DNA from: Verrucomicrobiota bacterium
Lineage (GTDB): Bacteria; Verrucomicrobiota; Verrucomicrobiia; Limisphaerales; J093
Length of the DNA stretch: 64,000 bases
Assembly (NCBI GenBank): GCA_050012855.1
Contig: JBEKGJ010000007.1
Span: 34,241 to 98,240 of the forward strand
Reading direction: 5' to 3'
The notes beneath the pieces were generated by a model. That model was not told the origin of the DNA. It made no database searches and saw only the letters and a list, made by a program, of their open reading frames with translations. Below are positions 23,656 through 31,109 of this stretch, one piece after another. The position numbers and the translations under genes were made by a program. The first letter of the stretch is position 1; each line of letters opens with the position of its first letter.

Positions 23656-23922
23656 TCAGCCTCCTCGTTTTATCCGCCGGGTTTTTCCGGGGACGGCGGT
23701 TCGTCTTTCGCCATCGCCTTGCGCCGGGGGGGCGACTTTCTGTCGGTGTGGGCGCGACACCAGCGGGTGCCCGGATTGCTGCTCGCGCTGGCGTGTTGTG
23801 GCCAGGAGCTTGTCCAGATTGTAGCCGCAGGCGGCGGACAGACTGTCTTTGGCCCGCCAGACTTCCCGCAAGACCACATCGCCTGCCGCCATCATTCGCG
23901 GATGGTCATTCGCCACCTTCAT
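23656..23922 (-). CDS. Small partner protein of the PIN gene (putative antitoxin)
   Basis: DVVLREVWRAKDSLSAACGYNLDKLLATTRQREQQSGHPLVS resembles the small proteins I recall encoded downstream of this PIN subfamily. Start is ambiguous (23922 or about 23895). The C-terminal ~25 aa read through the flotillin 3' remnant in another frame. Confidence 0.5.
   Translation of the reverse strand: MKVANDHPRMMAAGDVVLREVWRAKDSLSAACGYNLDKLLATTRQREQQSGHPLVSRPHRQKVAPPAQGDGERRTAVPGKTRRIKRGG
23670..23726 (-). pseudogene. Remnant of an ancestral flotillin 3' end
   Basis: Translates as RRKAMAKDEPPSPEKPGG-stop, against LRKAMAKDDAGEKP-stop at the end of intact flotillin. A 20-nt perfect core (23701-23720) equals 24428-24447. 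The remnant stop lies 15 nt upstream of the next operon gene (ATG at 23654). Confidence 0.6.
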
Positions 23923-24391
23923 GATCGTTCTCCATCAGCTCCTCCGGGGTGCAAATCACCGGGAGCGTGAAACCGGCGACTTCAGCCAAACGCCGCAAAC
24001 GCGTTTGAAGGACGGCGTTGGCGATATGCCGGCAATTCCAACTCAACAATATCTCCATTTCGTAGCTGGTGGCGAGAGCAATGTGCGTCGCATCGCGGCC
24101 AGCGGTGGCCGGCAGCAACCCCGAGTTCACAATTGTGCGGGCCAGTTCGATGACTTCTTCGTCCACCTGCAGGAGCGGCAGAGATTCCAGGGTTTTCAGC
24201 CGCAACTGAGCCATTTCCGGGTCGCCGAATGAAATCTCATCCAGCACGACTTGCGACGTGAAAAGCTCGTGGTCATGGCCTTTCAAGTCCCACCAGTCTT
24301 TGGTGATTTGTTGCCGGGCGGCTTGTAGCAAGTCGCGAGCGGGGCGGGCCACCACGTAGCTCGGGATTGTGCTTTCGATGTAGATGCGCAT
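23906..24391 (-). CDS. PIN-domain protein (VapC-like toxin family)
   Basis: Start at MRIYIESTIPSYVV. Further motifs are ...DATHIALATSYEMEILLSWNCRHIAN and a C-terminal ICTPEEL, a PIN-like acidic/SWN pattern. The start is 17 nt after the flotillin stop. Confidence 0.7.
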   Translation of the reverse strand: MRIYIESTIPSYVVARPARDLLQAARQQITKDWWDLKGHDHELFTSQVVLDEISFGDPEMAQLRLKTLESLPLLQVDEEVIELARTIVNSGLLPATAGRDATHIALATSYEMEILLSWNCRHIANAVLQTRLRRLAEVAGFTLPVICTPEELMENDHEGGE

Positions 24392-24408
24392 GAGGGCCCA
24401 GCCCGGCA

Positions 24409-25977
24409 TCAAGGTTTCTCGCCCGCATCGTCTTTCGCCATCGCCTTCCGCAGGGCAGGCACCTGTTCGAGCAGTTTCTCGAACTTGACGCCGGTGAGGC
24501 TCTCGATCACCGGCGGCAACTGGCTGATGATCTGGGTGACGTCGCCGGTCAGCTTGCTGGCGCCCCCGCCGGGGCCGTTGCCGGAGTTGATGATGACGAT
24601 CTTCTCGGTCTTGGCCAGCGGCTCGCTGATCTTGCCCGCCACCTCAGGCAGGACGCGCACGATCATCTCGATGACCGCGGCTTCGTTGTACTGCTTGAAG
24701 CTTTCGGCCTTCACGCGCATCGCCTCGGCGGTCGCCTTGCCCTGGGCCTCGATGACGGCGGCCTCGGCCAGACCGCGCGCCTTGTTCGCCTCGGCCTCGG
24801 CCACGCCGGTGGCCTTGACGACATCGGCGCCCGCGAAACCCGTGGCTTTGGTCGCCGATGCGGCGCCCGCCGCCTCGGTTTCGAGCTGGAATTTCTTCGC
24901 GTTGGCGAGGGTTTCGACCCGGTAACGCTCGGCATCAGCGGGTTTCTGAACGTTCGCTTCGAGTTCGCGCTGGCGGCGCTGGATTTCCTGCTGTTGCAGC
25001 TCGATTTGTTTCTGCTTCTCGATGATTTGGACCTGCACTTCCTCGGCCTTGACGAGCTGGCCGGTCTTGAACTTCTGCAAATCGTAGGCGAGATCGGCCT
25101 GCGCCTTCTGCTGGTTCACCGAGGCCTGGTAATTCGCGACGTTCATCTGGTAGTCGCGCTGGGCTTCGGCGACCTTCGTATCGGCGGCGAACTTGGCTTC
25201 CTGGCCGGCCTGGTTGGCCTGGGCCGAGCGGATGACGGAATCACGGTCCGCCTCCGCCTGGGCGATGATGGCATCGCGTTTGACCTGGGCGATCCGCGGC
25301 TTGCCCAGGGCGTCGAGGTAGCCCTGGCCGTCGCGGATGTCACGGATGGTGAAGCTGACAATGCCCAGGCCCATGTTGGCCATGTCGCCGGCGGCCACCT
25401 CCTGGACCTTGGAGGCGAAGGCGTCGCGGTTCTGGTAGATCTCCTCGACGGTCATCGTGCCCAGAATGGCGCGCAGATGACCCTCGAGCGTCTGCATGGC
25501 GATGTTCTTGATGTCGGCGGTGCCCTTGCTCAGGAACTGCTCGGCTGAGGTGGCGATCGAGATATCGTCCCCCTTGACCTTGATCTGGGCTACGCCGTCC
25601 ACCCGTACCGGCACGCCCTTGCTCGTGTAAACCTCGGGCGTCTGGACATCAATGGTCAGCAGTTCGAGCGAGAGGAGATCCACCTTCTCGACGATCGGAT
25701 AGACGAACGTGCCGCCACCCTTGACGACCCGGAAACCCCGCATGCGCGGCGTGCCGTCGGGATCAACGTAGCGGTGACGCCGGCCGGAGACGACGAGCAC
25801 CTGGTTGGGGCCGACCTTGGTGTAGCGGCTGAGGATCATCCACAGCAGCAGGAAGACGCCGACACCGAGGGCGACGATGACCAACGGAATCATGCCTTCG
25901 GCCGCAAGCATGACTGGCGGTGCGGCGGTAACAACGGGGGTGAACATGAACTTTCCTAGGTTGAGGGTGATGCCCAA
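24409..25977 (-). CDS. Flotillin (SPFH/Band-7 family, FloT/YqiK-like)
   Basis: 522 aa with an N-terminal TM helix, an SPFH domain (GPNQVLVVSGRR...RVVKGGGTFVYPI) and long Ala/Glu/Gln-rich flotillin repeats. The start may be the internal MFTPV. Confidence 0.9.
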   Translation of the reverse strand: MGITLNLGKFMFTPVVTAAPPVMLAAEGMIPLVIVALGVGVFLLLWMILSRYTKVGPNQVLVVSGRRHRYVDPDGTPRMRGFRVVKGGGTFVYPIVEKVDLLSLELLTIDVQTPEVYTSKGVPVRVDGVAQIKVKGDDISIATSAEQFLSKGTADIKNIAMQTLEGHLRAILGTMTVEEIYQNRDAFASKVQEVAAGDMANMGLGIVSFTIRDIRDGQGYLDALGKPRIAQVKRDAIIAQAEADRDSVIRSAQANQAGQEAKFAADTKVAEAQRDYQMNVANYQASVNQQKAQADLAYDLQKFKTGQLVKAEEVQVQIIEKQKQIELQQQEIQRRQRELEANVQKPADAERYRVETLANAKKFQLETEAAGAASATKATGFAGADVVKATGVAEAEANKARGLAEAAVIEAQGKATAEAMRVKAESFKQYNEAAVIEMIVRVLPEVAGKISEPLAKTEKIVIINSGNGPGGGASKLTGDVTQIISQLPPVIESLTGVKFEKLLEQVPALRKAMAKDDAGEKP

Positions 25978-25980
25978 ATT

Positions 25981-26535
25981 TCAGGCGGTTCTGACGAAAA
26001 ACTGGGACCCGGTGATCCGGGTGATCCGGACGCTTTGTCCGCTGGCGAGGGCCACCCCGGTTTCCTCCCGGGCCGGGGCAGTGTAACGTGTGCCGGATTG
26101 CACGTAGGCGATCTCGCCCACGCCGTTGGCGGGGATCGGGCTGATGACGGTGGCGTTGGTTCCCACGAGCCCGGCCACCTTGCCCTCGCTGGAACTCTGG
26201 GTGTGCCGGAAGAGTTCACGCAGGACGAATACGAGTGCGGTGGCGGTCAACAGACCGCCGAGCAGCGCCAGCGGTGCACTGACATACGGGCGGCTCGTGG
26301 CGGGAATCTCGTGAAAAACGATGCCGAAGCCACCGAACGCCATGATAAATGCGGCGATGATCGTCGGACTGAACAAGGAAACTCCCGGGCTATCACTGGC
26401 GTCCGCTCCGGCCTCGGCATGACCACCGCTGCCGTCCACATGCCCGATGTGGCCGGCAAAATGCCCCGCCAACGCGCTCAGGACGGTGAAAAGCAGTCCG
26501 GTCCCCAGGCAAATCAGGTAGATGGCGAATTCCAT
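25981..26535 (-). CDS. NfeD-like membrane protein (flotillin partner)
   Basis: Start preferred at MEFAIYLICLG. It has several TM helices and a C-terminal OB-like segment (GLVGTNATVISPIPANGVGEIAYVQSGTRYTAPA). It lies immediately upstream of flotillin. Confidence 0.75.
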   Translation of the reverse strand: MEFAIYLICLGTGLLFTVLSALAGHFAGHIGHVDGSGGHAEAGADASDSPGVSLFSPTIIAAFIMAFGGFGIVFHEIPATSRPYVSAPLALLGGLLTATALVFVLRELFRHTQSSSEGKVAGLVGTNATVISPIPANGVGEIAYVQSGTRYTAPAREETGVALASGQSVRITRITGSQFFVRTA

Positions 26536-26723
26536 AGCACAGCCTTGAGTGATGACGGGTGGAGTAAAGCCTGTGGCGATCGCCTCGGCAACCAAGAAAT
26601 GAAGCCGTGCGCCACCGGCCGCAGCGTCGGATCAGGTGTGTTTATCAACCACCCGCGCTTGCCTGCGCGTCATGCGCCGACCGATGGCTGAACCGCAAGA
26701 AGACCTTGGGCTTGAACCGGCGC

Positions 26724-27839
26724 CTAGTTCATGCGCATGGGCATGATGACGTAGAGGAACGGGCCGTTGATCTTCACGACGCCGGGACTGAGTTCGTCGG
26801 TGAGTTCGAGAAAAACCTCGTCGGTATCGAGCGCTTTGAGCGCGTCGAGCAAGTAGGTGGGGTTGAAAGCGATGGCAAGGTCCTTGCCTTTGTAGTTCAC
26901 GGCCAGGTTCTCGCGTGCCTCGCCGACATCCGGTGTGTTGGCGGTGACGGCCAGCGAATTCTTGCTGAAGGCCAGTTTGACCGAGTTGTTCTTGTCACTG
27001 GTCATGATCTCCGCACGGCGCAACGCCTGGAGAAGTTCCTCCCGGATCAATGGGATCCGTTCCTTGGATTCGCCGGGAATTACCTGCCGGTAGTTTGGGT
27101 AGGTGCCATCCACCAGCTTGGTGATGACGAGAATGTTACTTCCAGCTTCAGGTTCGCTCTTCACCGTGAAAGCCGCTTGATTGTCGGTAAACGTGATTTC
27201 CACGTCGCCTTTCTCTTGGAGGAGCCGGCTTAGTTCGCTGATGGCCTTGGTGGGCACGATGAATTCCGCCTGACTGTCGGCGGTAATGTCCACTTCCTCG
27301 TCGGTAAGCGCCAAGCGACGACCGTCAGTCGCCACCAACGTCATCTTGTGCTCTTTCAGGCTGAAAAAAATACCGTTGAGCACATAGCGGGCCTCGTCGT
27401 TGGAAACCGCGAAGGAGGTTCGCCGGAGCATGCCCTTGAGCTTGTCCTGTGGCAAAACCACGCGGCGCTTCTCGGCAAATTTCGGCAAGGGCGGAAATTC
27501 CTCCGCCGACAACCCGTTGATCCGGAAGAACGAGGCCCCGGCGCGGAGGCTACAGCAATTCTTGTCATCCACTTCCAATTCGAGCTCGGCCGTGGCCAGT
27601 TCACGGACAATGCTGACGAGTTTTTTGACCGGGAGAGTCGTGGCCCCCGGTTTGGCCACGGTTGCCCCCACCGAGCAAACAATGGTGACGTCGAGGTCGG
27701 TCGCGGTTAACTCGAGCGACCCTTCCGTGGCCCGGAGCAGCACGTTCGAGAGAATCGGCAGGGTGGTGCGCACGCCGACGATGTTTTGTACGGCCTGGAG
27801 CCCACTGCTGAGCTGGTCCTTGGCGATCGTAAGTTTCAT
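26724..27839 (-). CDS. dnaN: DNA polymerase III beta sliding clamp
   Basis: 371 aa. MKLTIAKDQLSSGLQAVQNIVGVRTTLPILSNVLL is the canonical DnaN N-terminus, and the C-terminus is ...YVIMPMRMN. Confidence 0.95.
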   Translation of the reverse strand: MKLTIAKDQLSSGLQAVQNIVGVRTTLPILSNVLLRATEGSLELTATDLDVTIVCSVGATVAKPGATTLPVKKLVSIVRELATAELELEVDDKNCCSLRAGASFFRINGLSAEEFPPLPKFAEKRRVVLPQDKLKGMLRRTSFAVSNDEARYVLNGIFFSLKEHKMTLVATDGRRLALTDEEVDITADSQAEFIVPTKAISELSRLLQEKGDVEITFTDNQAAFTVKSEPEAGSNILVITKLVDGTYPNYRQVIPGESKERIPLIREELLQALRRAEIMTSDKNNSVKLAFSKNSLAVTANTPDVGEARENLAVNYKGKDLAIAFNPTYLLDALKALDTDEVFLELTDELSPGVVKINGPFLYVIMPMRMN

Positions 27840-28032
27840 GACAGCTTTACTGTATTTCTTTCTTCTGAAAGAAGCTTCTTATTAAGGGTGGTGAATAAAA
27901 CAAAGAATCCGCAGTGTCAAGGTTGCGTACAAGCAGTTACACCAAAAATTGCACGACCAACAACCTGGCAACAGCGACCAACAAGTTGGTTCTCCGGCCG
28001 TTTGTTTGCTGAAATTCCAGGTCATTCACCGG

Positions 28033-29193
28033 TTATTGGTGCGCTCCTTGGCTGCGCCGGATCTGGTCAACGATCATCGCCAGCGTTACTGCCGCCAGTT
28101 CGACGTCCTCGAAGGACGATTCCCGGCCCAACGAAAAGCGGACAAGCCCATTCGCCGCGGACAGTCCGTAACCCATTGCCAGCAAGACGTGTGATGGTTG
28201 AAGCGAACCCGTTGAGCAGGCAGCTCCGCTGGAAGCGCACACCCCGGCCAAATCCAGTCCGGCGAGCAGCGACAAGCTGTCGCAGTCCTCGAAAGTCACG
28301 CTGATCGTGTTGGCCAGACATTGCGCCAGCGGGCTGCAAACTTCCGCGCCGGGAATGGCTCCCAGTCGTGAACGCAACCGGGCCGCCAAAGGCGTGAGCC
28401 GGTTGGCCGCGAAGACCGGGATTGGGACAAAACGTATGAAAGCGCTGACGAGGCCCATAATCGCCGCCAAATTCTCGGTGCCCGCCCGGCGCTCGTTTTC
28501 CTGACCACCCCCGAACAGAATCGGTTCCGGCTGCAGCGGCGAGCGGATGTACAGGGCACCGGCGCCACGAGGGCCATGGAACTTATGCGCGCACACCGAA
28601 ACCAGATCGGCATTGAACTGCTGAATGCTGGCAAACGGCTGCTTGCCGAACCACTGCGCCGCATCGGTGTGAAAGGCCACGCCTCGCTCACGGCACAACG
28701 CGCCAATCTCGGCCACCGGTTGCAAGGCGCCCACCTCATTGTTGGCTGCCATCACGGAGACCAACACCGTGTCAGGACGCAATGCTGCGCGAACGCCACT
28801 GGGATCCACCCGGCCCTCATGATCCACCGGCACAATCGTCAACTTGAATCCCTCCCGGCGGGCGAGGTATTCGCACGGACGCAGCGCCGCGTGATGTTCA
28901 ACCGCCGACGTGATGATGTGGCGGCCGTGATCGCGCAGGCGCCGGGCCGTGCCCAAAATCGCCAGGTTGTTGCTCTCGGTGCCTCCGCTGGTGAACACCA
29001 CCTCGCCGGGCCGGCACTGCCAGCAGGCGGCCAGCCGTTCGCGGGCGTCGTCCAGCAACGCGCGGGCCTGCCTGCCAGACTGGTGGATGCTCGAAGGATT
29101 TCCTTCGATCCCATCGAGGAACGGCAGCATGGCCTCGCGCACCGCCCGGTCGAGCGGCGTAGTGGCATTATAATCGAGATAAACTGTGCGCAT
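28033..29193 (-). CDS. Cysteine desulfurase (class V aminotransferase, NifS/IscS-like)
   Basis: VYLDYNATTPLDRAVREAM...GNPSSIHQSGRQAR...FTSGGTESNN...SVCAHKFHGPRGAGALY (PLP lysine), plus the active-site segment SSGAACS. Confidence 0.9.
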   Translation of the reverse strand: MRTVYLDYNATTPLDRAVREAMLPFLDGIEGNPSSIHQSGRQARALLDDARERLAACWQCRPGEVVFTSGGTESNNLAILGTARRLRDHGRHIITSAVEHHAALRPCEYLARREGFKLTIVPVDHEGRVDPSGVRAALRPDTVLVSVMAANNEVGALQPVAEIGALCRERGVAFHTDAAQWFGKQPFASIQQFNADLVSVCAHKFHGPRGAGALYIRSPLQPEPILFGGGQENERRAGTENLAAIMGLVSAFIRFVPIPVFAANRLTPLAARLRSRLGAIPGAEVCSPLAQCLANTISVTFEDCDSLSLLAGLDLAGVCASSGAACSTGSLQPSHVLLAMGYGLSAANGLVRFSLGRESSFEDVELAAVTLAMIVDQIRRSQGAHQ

Positions 29194-29205
29194 GGTTGCC
29201 GGTGT

Positions 29206-29991
29206 TTAACCGGCGGACCCGATTCGCGACGCCTGCTGGCGCCGGTTGAAGGCCACGGCGTCCGCGTAACGCACCCCGGTGCCGCCGAAGATGTCCAGGG
29301 CCGAACCAATCGTCAGATCCACGCGGCCGTTCCCCAAACGAGTTACCGTTTCGAGATCGGCCAGTGAAGTCGCGCCGCCCGCGTAGGTGACCGGGATCGG
29401 GCTTGCGTCGCCCAGTTGCGTGACGAGCCGTTCATCAATGCCGCGGCAGAGTCCTTCGAGATCGGCCGCGTGAACCAGGAACTCGGCGCACGAGTTCGCC
29501 AGCGTCGCCAGCAGGGCGGGGCTGACGGCCAGCCGGGTGAACTTCTGCCAGCGGTCAGTCACCACCCAGTAACTGCCCGTGCGGGCCCGGCAGCTCAGAT
29601 CGAGCACCAGCCGGGACACACCGACGGCGCGGACCAGGGCCGCCAGCCGCCCGGCGTGCAATTCCCCCGCGTGGAAAACCCAGGAAGTGACGATGACGTG
29701 GGAAGCACCCGCGTCCAGCCAGGCCGCCGCGTTGTCGGCGGTGATGCCGCCGCCAACCTGCAGGCCGCCGGGGAACGCCGCCAAGGCCGCGCGGGCCGCT
29801 GCTTCGTTGCCCGGGCCGAGCATGATCACGTGCCCGCCACGGAGGCCGTCCCGCCGGTACTGCTCCGCGAACCACGCCGCCGGGTATGGCGAAGTGAAGT
29901 TCGTCTGCGGCGGCGTGCCATCGTCCCGGAGCGTGCCGCCGATGATTTGTTTGACGCGGCCTTCGTGGAGATCAATGCACGGTCTGAACAC
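29206..29991 (-). CDS. hisA: ProFAR isomerase, His6/eukaryote-type HisA
   Basis: (V)FRPCIDLHEGRVKQIIGGTL...VGGGIT...LDLSCR...WVVTDRWQKFT. A GTG start at 29991 is preferred over the upstream ATG at 30099, which would add an Arg-rich non-homologous extension. Confidence 0.75.
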   Translation of the reverse strand: MFRPCIDLHEGRVKQIIGGTLRDDGTPPQTNFTSPYPAAWFAEQYRRDGLRGGHVIMLGPGNEAAARAALAAFPGGLQVGGGITADNAAAWLDAGASHVIVTSWVFHAGELHAGRLAALVRAVGVSRLVLDLSCRARTGSYWVVTDRWQKFTRLAVSPALLATLANSCAEFLVHAADLEGLCRGIDERLVTQLGDASPIPVTYAGGATSLADLETVTRLGNGRVDLTIGSALDIFGGTGVRYADAVAFNRRQQASRIGSAG

Positions 29992-30194
29992 GCCGGCAAA
30001 ATAGCGCCGGCGGCGGGCGCGGCGCAAGCCGGGGGGCGCGCGGGCAGGGTCCTCATTTGCTGGGTCGCGGACCGCTGGGCGGCGACAACTCCTGGCCACC
30101 CAGCGGTCGGGCGGCCACCAGCTCGCAAATCAGGACATCACCGGCGCGTGCCGATTTTTTTGGATTTCAGCGCCAGAGTGGCTAGGTTATACGG

Positions 30195-31049
30195 ATGTTT
30201 CACGCCGTTGACACCAAGGATGCGTCTGCTGTCGAACGCGAGGTGGAGGAGTCCTACCGGGAGTTGTATGCGGACAGTGACCCGCAGTTTGTGCCCCGCG
30301 CGTTCCGGTGGCTGGTGGACTGTTTCGCGGGTCGCTACCGCGATTTCCAGGCGATCGACGTCCAATATCACGACCTCGAGCACACGCTCCAGGGGACGCT
30401 ATGCATGGGGCGGTTGCTGACGCGCTACCAGCGGGCCGGGGCGGTTCCCGCGCTGGACCGGCGGCGGTTCGAACTCGGCCTTCTCGCGATCCTGCTTCAC
30501 GACTCGGGCTACTTGAAGAAACGGGGCGACCACCTCGGCACCGGGGCGAAATACACGTTCACGCACGTCGCCCGCAGCGTGGAGTTCGGCGCCCTGTTGC
30601 TGGCGGAGAAGGGCTTTTCCGTACGGGACATCCGCGCCGTGCAGAACATGATTCGCTGTACCGGGTTGAACGTGGAACTCGCCGCAATTCCCTTTGACGA
30701 TGAATTGGACCGGGTGGTCGGTTACGCCCTCGGCACGTCGGACCTCGTCGGCCAGATGGCCGCCCCGGACTATGTGGACAAACTGCCGATGCTGTTTGCG
30801 GAATTCGACGAAGCCCGCGCCCACGAGCGCAGCGAGACGCCCGACGCGGTCAATTTCAGCGACGCCGAGGACCTGATGCGCCAGACCCCCGCCTTCTGGC
30901 GCAACTATGTCCTGGACCGGATCACGCGCGAATTTCGCGGCCTTTTCCACTACCTCGACGATCCCTATCCCGGCGGCCGGAACGAGTATGTCGAGCGCGT
31001 CGAGGCCAATCTGACGCGCCTGGTCCAGGTGATCTCCGCCGCGGGTTGA
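30195..31049 (+). CDS. HD-domain phosphohydrolase
   Basis: YHDLEHTLQGT...AILLHDSGY gives the H...HD metal-binding signature. Confidence 0.7.
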   Translation: MFHAVDTKDASAVEREVEESYRELYADSDPQFVPRAFRWLVDCFAGRYRDFQAIDVQYHDLEHTLQGTLCMGRLLTRYQRAGAVPALDRRRFELGLLAILLHDSGYLKKRGDHLGTGAKYTFTHVARSVEFGALLLAEKGFSVRDIRAVQNMIRCTGLNVELAAIPFDDELDRVVGYALGTSDLVGQMAAPDYVDKLPMLFAEFDEARAHERSETPDAVNFSDAEDLMRQTPAFWRNYVLDRITREFRGLFHYLDDPYPGGRNEYVERVEANLTRLVQVISAAG

Positions 31050-31109
31050 TCCGCCCGGCCCCCGCGCCGGGTTTGCGCCCGCAGCCGCCGGCCGCTAATC
31101 TCCTCCGAC

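Noticed and set aside
27840-28032. Replication origin or DnaA boxes in the AT-rich spacer upstream of dnaN
   Set aside because: No dnaA gene is adjacent. No perfect TTATCCACA/TGTGGATAA box was found; the best match, GGTGAATAA, has two mismatches. It is more simply the dnaN promoter region.
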